In this document: positions 30,174 to 44,874 of the stretch, in pieces | Numbering within the stretch: position 1 is the first letter of the stretch | How the letters are laid out: the number at the start of each line of letters is the position of its first letter | NCBI RefSeq assembly: GCF_009914755.1 | Contig: NC_060927.1 | DNA length: 64,000 nt | Source: the human T2T-CHM13v2.0 reference genome, Homo sapiens | Strand: one strand, 5' to 3' | Notes under the pieces: model-generated | Database searches by the model: none | The model's input: the letters and a program-made list of their open reading frames with translations, nothing else | Told to the model about the DNA's origin: nothing | Made by a program: the position numbers and the translations under genes

Positions 30174-31071
30174 TTCTAAGCCCTCCAGTAGACAGAAGGG
30201 GACCCCTCTTGGCTAAGGGGGGGCCCAGAGTAACATTGAAAAATGAGTTCTTGGCCATGATGGGAGGGTAATGTCAGACACATCTAGTTATACCTGCTCC
30301 CTTGCTAACCGCAATGAGCCTTTCTTCCCTAAGGGCTAAACACAATCTAGCCCTTTGAAAAGACTCCATCACTGACATCAACCATGCACCTGATGCTGCC
30401 CCTTATTTTTTGCCTGATAAGAGACCACCAACACAGAATGGTTCTGTCATTCTAGGGAGGATGTGCCGTGAGGGGTTTCATGTCCTCTGGTCTACCTTTT
30501 GACATCACAGGGCCAAAACCTCCACCCTCAGATGCTAATACTGCCATTTTTCATACCCGGAACCCATGAAGGGTTGCACATGCAGATGGTTCTCCTTTCA
30601 TAAATATCCATGACTCCTCCTGTAGCTTATTAAATATGTATATTCATATTTATATACATATGAATATGTATATAAATTCATGGCTTCTGTGTATGAAATA
30701 TACATATATTCATATTTATATACATATTTATGTACATATGAAAATATGTATATTTTATACACAGAACCCATGAAACTCAGTTGCACATGCACATGTTTCT
30801 TCTTTCATAAATATCCATGATTCCTCCTGTAGCTTATTAAATATGTATATTCGGCCATTCCACTCAGCACAAATTCCTGTTTGTTCCCTTTGCTCCTCCT
30901 TGGAAGTGCCTGTTTACAGCTTCTGGCCAAGGGAGGCTACGCTTCCTAGCCTGTCAGAATGGCCACCAGGCAGACTAATAAAGCTCTCCCTTCCAAAAAG
31001 AAAGAAAGAAATGGAAGGAAGGGAGGGAGGGAGGGAAAGGGAAAAAGGAAGGAAGGAAGGAATAAAAGAAA
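30174..31071 (+). mobile_element. ERV1 (MER4-group, MER39-like) LTR sequence ending at its poly(A) site, with a purine tail
   Basis: ttctaagccc...ggacccctcttggc...cctgataagagaccacc...cataaatatccatgactcctcc. AATAAA at 30977-82, then an A/GAAA/GGAA tract. The family name is from memory. Confidence 0.75.
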
Positions 31072-32989
31072 AAGCTATGGCCAAAGAATTCTGATCGATA
31101 ATCACGTAACATTTTTTAAATCTTGATTGGAAACTGGGCAGAGATTTCCACTATGAGCCAGCCTTCAATGACCTCCCCTAAGTGACTCTCAGCATTTCAT
31201 TTTGGACTCACGTTCCCCTGATGCAGCTTCTGAGGGGAGAGAACACACAGAGTTGTAGAAAGTATTAATACTTCACTTGATGAGCTGGGCAGTAGCTGTT
31301 TGAATACATCTGCACTTCTCTTTTATCATTCGTCTGTCTTCAAGAATATTAAAGGACTGACTCTCCTCATGCCAGATGACAGACTTGATATTTAATCTTT
31401 GCTTTCCTCTTAAACTGTCATAGTTGGTATCTTAGTTGATGGGTTGTAAAGCAAAAGACACCACAGTTAACTGACTGCAAAATCATGAGACTGTAAATTA
31501 CAGATTTATTCAGTGAGATGCTATGGCTGTGTATTTTTAACTGTGTAGGGCTCGTTTTTCTCACCAGTGTAATAATTATTTTTTCTATATCAGATAGGAA
31601 CAATCTGTAAATATTCAGGTAATTGGCCAACGTTTTCTCTTTTTTCTTGGTTGAATAGTCTGTTCAGTTCAGTGGTGGCTGTTCCTAAATGTTATTTGAG
31701 TAGCTTAACTAATTGAATAAAGTCATTTTAACTTTCATGATTTTCTGTTAACTGAAATTCCTGCTCTCAGTATGTTAAACTGGTATGAAATTTTCTGCAA
31801 CCAGGGGTCGGCATACTGCTTTCCTGTGGGTTAGAGGTTTCCTGCACTGGAAATACAGTACTCCAGGATTACTGTTATGGAAAATCAACTTTGTCACTGG
31901 CTCCCAGCCCTGTGCAGGGAAATGTTTTTTTCAGGGATCCTGCCCTGGAGATGAAAATCAGGTTCTAACAATGTTTCCTTTTTAAATGGAGTTATCTGCA
32001 GCCATGCATGGGAAAAAGAGCAGAATAAAATAAAATTTGCCTGCTTTCTGAAGATAACTCAGCCTTAGCTCACTTGTCAGCCACGCTTGGTGTTAAAAAC
32101 TTGTCAGATCAGTTGACTTCCACAGCACTTGGCTATTGCATTTATGTTTATTCTTTTGTTTTTCCTCATCTAGCACATCAGTGACAAAAATTATCTAATT
32201 GTTTTCATTGTCACAGCCACAGGAGAGCTTAATTATACATAAGCACTTGGCTGTCATCTTTTTTCCTCTCACTTTTTTCTGGTCTGGGTCTTCCCAGTGC
32301 TGTGTTCCTAATATCCAGCTGCATAGGTCTCCAATTTAAATGAATTATGATAATTAAAATCACCATGTAGATGATAAAAGGTGAGAAAGTACCCCAGTCA
32401 CTTATCCATGAACATTCTGTCTTTGTTGACAAGAATTTCTTACAACCTAGGAATTATAAACCATGGGTTTGAGCTTAGAAACCTGCTTCTTTGGGTTCCA
32501 GGTTGTTTATTGCATTCATCAGCTCTCCACTTCAGCAACCAGAAGTGTGCTAACTCCTATTCAGGGTTGGCAAAATGGCAATTTTTTTCCTTCTTGCATT
32601 AAAACCATTTTGCATTAAAACCATTTTGCCTTCTTTCAAAAGCCTACTAGGCATGATGATTGTTCTCAGTGTCTGAATAATGGAAGCCCTGTTGCCCGTT
32701 GGTTTGTCCCTACTGTAGCCATGTCTTTAAGTTACCCTGTGCTACTCATGTTTGGTATGTATGAAGAACTGAAGCAAGTTCAGAGATAGAACATTTTTAC
32801 CCTACCCCATCTTCCCAATTTGTTTTTGCTATAACCTGTACGGTCTAGTTGAATCTACTTTTCTCAGTCTGTTTTTGGCATTAAAAACTTCCTAAAAATA
32901 GATTTATTTTCAGTGGTAAAATGCTGTGGATCTCTGTTACTAAAGATAAACATTTTCCAAAATGACTTTAATACATTATTTACTTGTTT

Positions 32990-34020
<1,031 letters not shown>

Positions 34021-34141
34021 GCTCATTTCATTCCTACATCTGTCTAGTTTATAGATATGGAAATTGAGTCCCAAAGAGATTAAAGTAATTGATTTAAGTT
34101 TATACAGTAAAAAACAGAGCTAGATTTCGAATGCTTTGCTA

Positions 34142-34350
34142 GAGGTTCTGAAACTTCAGTGTGCATCACAATCACTTGGAAGTCTTATTACAACACAGAA
34201 TTCTGGGTCTCGTTCTATGTTCCCAGTGGGAACATACCAGATGGAGGCTTTGATTTGGTAAGTCCAGGGTAGAACCAAGCATTTGCATTTCTAGTAAGTT
34301 CCCAAGTAATGCTGATGCTGCTTGTCTGGGAACCACATAGTGAGAATGCT
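34142..34350. mobile_element. MER5-type MITE
   Basis: atttgcatttctagtaagttcccaagtaatgctgatgctgc. Confidence 0.7.
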
Positions 34351-35848
34351 CTATGTTTAGGTGGTCCACCCATGGTATTGTGAAGCTGAAGATTAAATGA
34401 CATGCAAGAGAAGGTGTTCCTGCTACTCTGGAAAGCTAACAGCTTACTGTCACATCAGGCATTTTAGCCAGTCTACACAAAGTAGAATGAGAGCGCTAAG
34501 GCAATTATCTTTGAAGAAAGGAAAGGGAAATATAAAATGTATTTAATTCACTTGGTAATTATTCATCTTTGCACTTCATTCTGTCTCTGTAGTCACTTCC
34601 TTTTTGCCCAAAAAGACTGATAGAATTATAGTCATCATTTAGTAGAATGAAGTGTGAACTACAAGAGCCTGATATTTAATATCTTTGTACAGTTTCTTCT
34701 CTTTGTAACAGGTGTTATGAGAGTTAAACCATCTTCATAATTAGGAAATGGGGAATCTAATATTTGAGCAGTAAACAAGGCTGTATTTCACAGAATCCAG
34801 TAATACTTAAGCTGGAAGCAACTGCTGGGGCCAACCCTTTGATTTTTATAATTAAGGAAAATAAGATCCAGAGATACAAAATAACTTATTCAAGGTAATG
34901 CAGTGAATGGGAATCACAGCTAGAACTGCTTTTTTCTGCTATTCTACCTGTGTTACTTTTCCTGCCAATACAACATTTTAATACAATAGGTAAGGTGAAA
35001 AAAATCCATCAATCATCCGGATACTCTTTCTTGCGTTTTCCATTACCAGTGTCACAAATGAAAACATCTGGATGAACAACTGACTTTTTCACTTTCTATT
35101 TTCTAAGTTGGTCACCTGGTTATTGAGTCCAAAAAAACCCTTTTTTTCTTCTTCAAATTACATGTAAGACTAAATGTCTAGACCCTTTGTGCTACAGTCC
35201 TTTGCCTCTAAAGGCAAAACTGTAGGCTTGATGACACTGCAAATGGTGTTTGAGTATCTCTAAGGTCATCAATAAATGAATACTTAAGCATCTTACAGCA
35301 GAGCATACTAATTCCCCATGGATGTGCTATGTATATGTGATCACAAGATAATATTCAGCCCTGCAAAGAAGCTTAAAGGACAGAGTAACCAAAGATTGAA
35401 CACAGTAGATAAGGTAATTTCACAGTAGGGCAATAGTTTGCTTAATTGTCCTAGACAGAACTGATATTGATACCCTCAATTCCCCTGTCACTTAAGATAA
35501 AGTCAACAATTTTTGTTTCTTTCTTTCATCTGATAGTTCCAATAAAGTATGTTGCTACAGTTTTTAAGGGGTACGCATTAAGCAAACGTTGCGAATAATA
35601 GAGAGAATTAATACAGGAGTGGAGGCATAAAGTCCTCACCTAATAAGAAACGTTAAGCCATGAAAAAAAGAGTCATATCAAGGACAATATATTGAAATGC
35701 AATTCAAGTCATCTCACTCTATAGTCCCAGAGAAGGCAAAATGTCACAGTTACATTTTTTTATTCACCAATGAATATTGTTTAAATTTACTTATAGGAGG
35801 TTTTGCTTAAGTTGATTCATTTATCTAGAAGTTCCTCTGCTTGTCTAA

Positions 35849-36320
35849 GCAGGAGGGCTCAAACTGTTGGTTTAAGGACTCCTTTTTACCCTGAAAAATT
35901 ATTGGATACCTCAAAGAGCCTTTGTTTATGTGAGTTATATCTACCCATATATGCCATATAATTAATTTAAATGGAGAATTTAACTTAGAACTTAATTTAC
36001 TTTAAAATAACAAAAATACAACCAGTATATGTTAGAAATAATTAACATAAGAAAACTGACTATATTTTTCCAAATAAAAATATTTAATGAAAAGAGTAGC
36101 TTGGTTTATATTTTTGCAAATCTCTGTAATGTCTGTCTTACTAGAATAAAAGTGCATTCTCCTATATACTTCTGTATTCAGTCTGTCATGATATTTTGTT
36201 TTGATTGAAGTATATGAAGAAAATATGGTCTGACACATATATAATTGGAAAGAGAGGACATAATGGACTCTCTTAAGGAAACCTGGGGACCTACAATGGT
36301 TCTTAGATTGCACTTTAAGA
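35849..36320. mobile_element. Charlie1-derived hAT element
   Basis: aaaaattattggatacctcaaagagcctttgtttatgtgagttatatctac, as in the recalled Charlie1 end. Confidence 0.7.
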
Positions 36321-36984
36321 AGGATACATTCAAAAGAATGCTACCATTGTCATTTGTGTTAGGGTTGGACATTTTTTGAGAGGCTCTGGACAGAGAATGG
36401 ATGTTGGAGCCAAGCAGGCCTGTGTACCATTGCTAACTGAGCTACTTTCTGAATCTGGATGTTAATGTCTCTGGGCCTTACCTATAAAATGAGTACAAGT
36501 CTACTTAACCTGAATATTATTATGAGGTTTAGAAATGATGTGCATAAAGTGAAGCTGATTAGATATTCCATATATTAGTAGTTTCCATTATTGGTTGCAT
36601 TTGGGACTGAACTCAAGGTGTATAAGGGAAAGAGAAGGGGATGGATTCAGCTGAGTAAGAGCAGATTGAGGGAAACACTAGGTAGAGGCTTTGAAGATTA
36701 AAAAAATAAAAGAAAGAAATATAGAGAAATGAATCTGTGTAAGGTTAGAGTCATAGCTTGATTGATCTGGGTATAACTGAGTAAATCGGGCCCAACAGCC
36801 TTTTTGAAAATCCACATATTGCTGATTTACAATGTTTTTATTCTATAACTCATTTATAAAGTTCTGAACTGACTTATTGGAGTGGAGGACAAAGACCCTT
36901 ATTCACCAAGAGCTGTGAATTCAATGGGCATAGTTGGACAGAAAGTAAGAGATGTAGGTAAAATCAGATGGCAGAAGACTTCAT

Positions 36985-37308
<324 letters not shown>

Positions 37309-37749
37309 TGAAATAATGATAATGTTCTCCTAATTTTCATAACATTTACAGGAGGCAGAGCACATTCAGAAATCTTACTTGTTATCTCGCATACAGATTA
37401 CTTCCTACAGTTATATTTGCTTTATGTATTCATGAATACCTATTAATAGAAATATGCCAGCTTTGAGTTGCCTTCTAGTGTATCTTCATATAGTTGGTTT
37501 TTATATCTGAACTTGAGTTTATCCTTGCTATCCGTGCTATCTGTAAAAGGATTGGCCTATGGGAGATGCCATCTCCCATACCATTGCCAGAAGCAAGTCA
37601 GTTGTAACTTATGTGGAGATGAAGAAGCCATAAATAAGAGTGTGTGAATGAAGTACAAATTAACAGAAAAGCTAGGAGAACTATGAATCCTGTTGGTTTA
37701 AGAGACAATCTAAAGGCTAAAGGTTTCACTTATTAAAATCAAAAGGAGG

Positions 37750-38063
<314 letters not shown>

Positions 38064-39518
38064 AAATGAAAAGGAGTGTTAGACATCATTAGGTCCAAAC
38101 GAATCTGAATTCAAGGAGAAAACAGGCTTCCAATCCCCAGACTGCATTTCCAAAGCCGTTCTTATAATACAAGATATCAGCCAGTATCAGCAAAGTATGT
38201 GTATGTTTCTCAAGGTACTTTTTTTAGCATGAAATTTCACAAGAAATTCTCAATATTTAATACAAAGCAAGGCTGCAGCAAGGAAGCAGCCTTGCGTTGT
38301 GTTAAATATTGAGAATTTGAATGAATGTAGAAGGGAGTGCCTTCCAAGAACCCTCAGAGCTTCATGGAATTGAGTTTGAAGACCCCTGTAAGGAGACTGA
38401 TTGGTGTGTGGGGAGTGGATGAGAGTCTGAAGCCAGAGAAGCACAGATTATCAGTGCTGAACAAACACCAAAGATGGACCTTGCCCTGAAATCCAACATG
38501 CATATTTCTTGTAGAGCTGGTCCTTCTTTTCAGTGACTTCTGCCAACTGGAAGTCAGGGGTTTATGAGAAGACTGTAATAATAAACTGGAAGACTCTCTT
38601 AAGTAGCATTGGAAAATGACTATTTCTCGTGCCAATACTAGGAACACTGAATTTGAGGTAATATGAGAATTTCTTGATGATTCTGTCAATTGCATAAGAA
38701 TCCCAGGCAGGAGATAGAGATTTGGGAAGCATCTATGTATATAGGTGGTAAACTAAAGCCAAGTAATTATCTCCAGACTCATAAAGTCTACTATCATTAA
38801 AATTCTTCAGCAATGTCAGTGAAACTCCCGCATTCCCTGGAGATGATTCATCTTCTCCAAAATTGTGTCCGCAACCAGAAATAACTGTGAATGTCTACAG
38901 GTCATCTTTGTAATAGTAATTTAGAGGGTTTTTTTTTTTTTTTTTTTGCTATCACATCCTTTCTTTTATATTTTTAAATTTCTAAGGCCTAAGGCATATG
39001 TTGGCATTTCTTTCAGTTAGAAATTTCTGTTTTTAGAAAATCGAAGCACCAAATACTCCTGAGAATTGTTTGACCCACTGAGTTTAAATTATATCTGCCT
39101 GCAATATAAATTATTATTGGATAAGATGCTTGTACAATTCCAGTGGCTGGAATACACAAACGCTGATTTAGGTCATTTCTGGCAGTTATTGAACAAAAGA
39201 TTGAAATGAAGAGATTGTTTATCTATCCAAGAGACAAAGTGTGTCACAGAGTCAAATCCCAGCACAAGCATTTAACATTATATTTGAATTTGTAGTTTGA
39301 GAACAATACTTAAGGAGTCCTAGAAGAATTCTTTTGTTTCAAATCTTGAAAGAATATGGAAGTTCAAAACAGATGGTTCTCTTTTAATATGTGAATGTGT
39401 TTAATTCTGCTTAATATGTGGGCTCTGTATATATTACAAAAAAAAAAAAGACATTTAGAAATGGCTTCTGAAATAATAGTATTGAACTAACCTGTTCAGG
39501 CCTTCCTCTGAGTTGATA

Positions 39519-39855
39519 CAGGTTGAGTATCTCTTACCTGAAATGCTTGGGACCAGAAGTGTTTCAGATTTTAGGTTTTTTAGGATTTTGGAATATTTCG
39601 ACCCAAGCCTAAACATGAAGTTTATTTATGTTTTAGATATACCTTATACACACAGCCTGAAGGTAATTTATGCAACATTTTAATATTTTGCATAATTTAA
39701 TGCATGAAACAAAGTTTTCACTGTATTTGACTATGACCAGTCTTATGAGATCAAGTGTGAAATTTTCCACTTGTGGCATCATGGTGGCCCTCAAAAACTT
39801 GTGAATTTTAGAGCATTTCAGATTTTAGATCTTCAGATTAGGGATGTTCAACCTG
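39519..39855. mobile_element. Tigger4/MER46-type Tc1-mariner MITE
   Basis: TIRs caggttgagtatctct and agggatgttcaacctg, with TA on the left flank. Confidence 0.85.
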
Positions 39856-41933
39856 TGTTTAGACATGGAGTTGTAAAATATAGTTGAACCTTGATATTAG
39901 GCGATAAATACCCTGTACCCAATGCATTATCACAAAAGGGGAGGGGCTAATGATGTGTCTTATAATATGCTTAACTGGGATTTTTGTTATCTAAGGACTT
40001 TGAACTAGGTAACCCCCCCCAAATATGGAGATACATGAGTCATTTTCATCAAGCACATGACTTCATTTATTCTAGTTTGAAAAACTCACTCGTTTAGATA
40101 TGATTCATCCAATCTAAGTGAGCAGGAGTGAAAACCTTTACTACATGGGCTTTTGCCCTGTAGATTTGCAAATGGCGTGTTAAGATAGACTGTCTCTCTT
40201 TGTCACATATATAATATGATACTTCATTTCTGATCTTCATGGGCCCACGTTCAGATATTCACTTTGAGAGGAATATGTTTATATCAGTTCAAATTTGTCT
40301 TCTATGAATTAATTTTACTTTAAAAATAAAGAAAGTGCCAGGTGATCTCCCACAGACACTGAATTTTTTGTTGATTTCACCTTGGCCCGCACAAATAACT
40401 ACCACTGAGTATTCTCATCTGGTTCCTTGACCTCCATAACCCTGTGGGAAGAGACAGAATGAGCCCTCAGAAGTGCTTAACTAGTTAGAGCTTTGCAAGG
40501 CCTTTTCAAAATTCTCTCCAGTCCCTCCCTTCTCTGCCTCACCTGCTTCTTGAGATTGCAAGGTTTTGCTTCCAGCTTTCTGCATTTTTGCAAAAAAGCA
40601 ATAAGAAAGCCCAAGTGTTACAGGAAATCTATGACATTGAAATCTCTCTCTCTGCATGTGATTTTGATGTTTCCTTTTTGAACTTCAACTTGACATTGCT
40701 TCATAAGTTACATTTGCCCTTCCATTTTTTTCCTCACTCTCTTTCAAAAGTTTGGCTTCATTGTTAATATTCCTCACATACTTCTGTGGCTTTTCTTGTT
40801 TGCTTTGTTTTCATGGACTCTGTAGGGGTCAATATTCAGCAGGTTGAATGTGAAATCAGGCATGCAACTGCATTAGCCATCAAATTCTCCAAGCAGAGAA
40901 CCTTTTTAGCTTCCTTTGCATTAGCAGCAGGAAGATAAAGAACAAGGAAGACTTGCAGCTCTTTTAAGGGTGTAGGTTATAACCCTTCATTCAAGTTGAT
41001 GTTTGTTGATGTTCTAAATTTTTTTGAAGTTGACCCTTTTGGCCTCCCCTCATATGCAGCAATGCATCATCCCATCAGTAGAGGATTTGTAAAACTGTGT
41101 TTTGCTCGTTGAAAAACATAAAATTGCTTATAGATGAGAAAAGAAAAAAGCAGCATTTATTCAAGGGCCTAGAGACCTCTGCTGGTTAAGTGATTTGTTG
41201 AGTGTCTTTCTAGTTTTGTTTATTATTGAAAAGGTGAAATACAGTTTGGCCTCAACAGTAGCAATTTCCTTTTGAATTAAAATTATGGATGATTTGAAAC
41301 ATTGTTGAGTGAAGATACTGAGGTCAAGTCAGCTGGAAGAGATGTTAAGAATAATGAGTAGCATCTCCTAATTAAATACTGATATCAACTTTGATTATTA
41401 GGTTTACCTTGGTAGGCATTACCCTGTAGAAATGCCCTGTGAACACATAAAGTTCCAGAATGACAGCTATGGTTATCTTCTGCATGACTTTGGGCTGAAG
41501 GTCTTCTACCTGAATATGTTTATCATTATTCTTAATGGCATGAATTGTGCTTGAGGCAAGATTTGATATTTATGAAGACTTTTTATGGAACATGGAATTA
41601 ACATTGTCTTTATATCTATTGAAAATAAGGAAAGAAAATGTGACTTCAATGAAGTACAGAAAATGTATTATCATTTGGGCAGCGGGGGTAGTGGATAGCA
41701 GTGGGCAATGTGGGAATTAAGTGCTACTTTGAATTCTTGTGTTAGACTGTGGGCAGGACTTGATTTCCTGAGGAGGTTTGATAAAAATCAGAACTCATTT
41801 AAAGATTTGGGGTTCTAGGGTCATATTCCTGTAGATAACATTCTATCAATACGAAATCAATAATAAACAATGATGATAGTCTTAAAGGAGAAAGGAATCA
41901 TAAAATTGATCTATACAACATGTGGGAGTGAAG

Positions 41934-42330
41934 TATATTAGTGAGGGACAAGCTAAGCTATTCTCACAAAGGAGGCCCCAAAATAAAGTAGCTTAGATGA
42001 AAAGTTTATTTCTCTCTCACATTATTTTCCTCAAAAATGGCAGGTGGATGTGGAGCTGCTTTGCTCCACACAGTCATTCATGGTCCAAGGCTGACAGGTC
42101 AGCATTTTCATCCTATGTAGCTTCCATGTCTGCACCCAAGGCTATTTCAATTGCTGGTCTTTTCCAATCAGTGTGAAGGGAAAAAGAAGAGGTTACGGAA
42201 AATATCTTTAAGTGAATAACCCAGAAGTTGCTCTCACCACTTTCACACACATACAGTTGGCATGAACTTGGTTACATAGTTACCTCTAGCTGCAAAGCAA
42301 TCTGGCAAATGTAGTGCCTACCTGGAAATA
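41934..42330 (-). mobile_element. Old MLT1 LTR (MLT1J-like)
   Basis: aagtttatttctctctcac...ctccacacagtcattca...ctagctgcaaagcaatctggcaaatgtag. Confidence 0.65.
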
Positions 42331-42683
42331 TACCAGCCTGGTTAAAAGTGGGAGGGGGGGTGATGGGAAGATATTCTCTACTGAAAGGAAAAAAGGAATA
42401 ATAGATACTTACAGGAGAGGGACAGTTAATTTTGCCATATGGATATTGGTAGTTTTATCCATTTTGCATTTAGCGATTAAAAGACTACAATATGAACCAC
42501 AAAAATGGTATTCAGAGTAGGGTATAGGCACCTCCCTGAATGTCTCCCCAGTCTTGTTATTTGCATAACATCTGGAAAAGGAATTTTATTATAAGTGTAC
42601 TTTTGCCCTTTGATTGAATATGATAAAAATAGATTGAGTACACACTGAATATACACCTTTCTTTGCTTTTTGGATGCCTATAG

Positions 42684-42820
42684 CTCAACCTAATTGGATT
42701 CAAAAAATAAATGATATTCACGTGGCCATGGAAGAAAATGTCTTTTGGGAATGTAAAGCAAATGGAAGGCCTAAGCCTACATACAAGTGGCTAAAAAATG
42801 GCGAACCTCTGCTAACTCGG
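42684..42820 (+). CDS. CNTN4: Contactin-4 coding exon, first half of Ig4 (137 nt, phase 1-0)
   Basis: gcctatAG acceptor and CGG|GTAAGC donor. Translates (A)[45 protein letters not shown]. Confidence 0.97.
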
Positions 42821-43614
42821 GTAAGCAAGTTAATGGTAATTGTGCCTTAGTCTTGACTATAACGTTTAATATAGCCTCATTGCCGTGGAAACGGGAGAAT
42901 GGTGAATTGTTTCTAAAATAATATGCAATGAAACAGCATTATGGTGGAAAAAGTGAGAGTGAATGCAATTGATAAATAGAAAGTGCACTTAAATCCAGTT
43001 CTCCAGCTTTCAATTAAGCTCTTGCACTAGATCTGTGGTCTTCAAAGATTAACATATGTGACTTTATAATGGGAAAGTTATGCAAAAGGTCTGGAACATG
43101 AAATTGTGCTAAGATACAAAGGAACATACATTCCAGCATCCACTACAAGAGAAGGGGCATTGACACAATACAGGATATCCATCTAAATAGAGAAACACTC
43201 TGACAAAGAAATCTGAATGAAGCAGGGGTAGAGCGGAGACCCTGAGAATGAGGAACAATTGTGTCCAATTTAATTTTCCTTATGTATTTTCCTGCCGAAC
43301 CTCAAATATTAATTGAAATTTGACATTTTCCTCAGGCTCCAAATTGAGAGGCAGTCTTTCATGCTCAGATTTCTTCCTCCAGTAGGCCACCCAGAAAAGA
43401 GTGCCTGCTCGGAGCAATGGCCCTCACATGAATTTACATGACAGGAAGAGAAAGGGGACTGTTTTGCCTAACTCACCCCCTGCCTCATGCACCTTCTCCA
43501 TTTGCTGGAAGGGCTCCAGCTTGTCCATGATTCTGTCAATTATAAAAGCCAAACTCAGACAAATTGCAGGGGTATAGGTACCTAGGTACTGGTATTTTCC
43601 TTCTTTTGTGTAAT

Positions 43615-44054
43615 TGTTACCAAAATGCCAGGGAGTTGGTCTAGGTCCTGTTGCTTGCTGTGCAGAGAGCCAATCACTGAGAGAGTGAGTATTGCCAGGA
43701 AATAAGGCTTTGTTCAGGTGCTTTAGTCAAAGAGAATGGGAGATCAGTCTCAAATCCATCTCTCCAACCAACTAAAATTGGGAGTTTATGTAGCTGGGGA
43801 AGGGATGCAGCTGTGTGCAGGAAGGAATTAGGTGGGGGTACAGAGGCAATTATGACAGATGAAGGGTCTGGTGTCTCACTGTCTGGATGCCATGATCTAG
43901 TGAATTTGAGTCCCTTGCTTGAGGATCAGCCTCCTGAGGAGTGAACTCAGTGAGACCAATGTAAGTTTCAAGTTTTAAAACTAGGCAGGTCAATTTCTGG
44001 GTTTATTCAAAAACAGGTAATTATCATTTCTGTGGGACACTTGGGCTTGTTTCT
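43615..44054 (-). mobile_element. ERV1 solo LTR (MER31/LTR26-like)
   Basis: Left end tgttaccaaaatgccaggg...ggtctaggtcctg. 4-bp TSD TAAT at 43611-14 and 44055-58, the length typical of ERV1 integrase. Confidence 0.75.
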
Positions 44055-44874
44055 TAATGTGAGGGAACATGAATATCTAGATTTGATCAAAGTCTAATAA
44101 AGTGTCCACTCAGCTAACTCACAACCCTGCGGCAAACAGAAAACTAGTACCTCTTTATATATATGTAGAATGGCAGGTCTCCTGGAGAGGAGGAGATCCT
44201 TTTTGATACTTATGAAAATTGACACATAAGTTGTATATCCTCAGAGTGACAAATAAGGAGGATCTCCTGTGCCACGTACTAACTTTGCCCCCTTCAGATT
44301 GGCCGCCACCAGATGGTCCTCAGCTTAAATCACACCACTGACAGCAATAAACTAAGGGAATATTAAACTATTAATACCTACATTTTTTAGTAAACCTCAA
44401 CCAATATTAAATATTTGCCTCTGTTTCATCCAAGATTGTAATCCTATTAACCTTCAAAGTATCACCTGCTCAAAATGTGAGTGTTTTAAGCACTCTAAAC
44501 AGTAAATTTAGTTTTATTTCCGAAACCCCCTAACTCTGGTCAGTACAAAGCCTTAAAGTGAAAAAGCATTTTAAGTTTCAAGTTATTCTATTTAGAGAGG
44601 ATATTAATCTGAATGGCTCCACTATTAAATCAATGAGAACTCAAGAGAATCCTACAATTTAAATTCCATTTACCAACTGATGTACTGGTTGTTCCATTTA
44701 GCATCTGACCTGCTACAAATTTAGCTGACAGATAAATAGATCATGTTATGTAAATTGCTTATATGATGGCTGTTTTCTTCCCATTAAGCTTCCTTGATAT
44801 TACACATGGTAAAATTGCCTTAAAGTCTCAGTTGTAGAAGGTCATTGTTTTTATGTTCCTCTTTTCTTTCACAG

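Noticed and set aside
32594-32629. 16-bp tandem duplication, with similar short ones near 409-434, 47480-47535 and 52207-52233
   Set aside because: Ordinary slippage micro-duplications with no sign of function.
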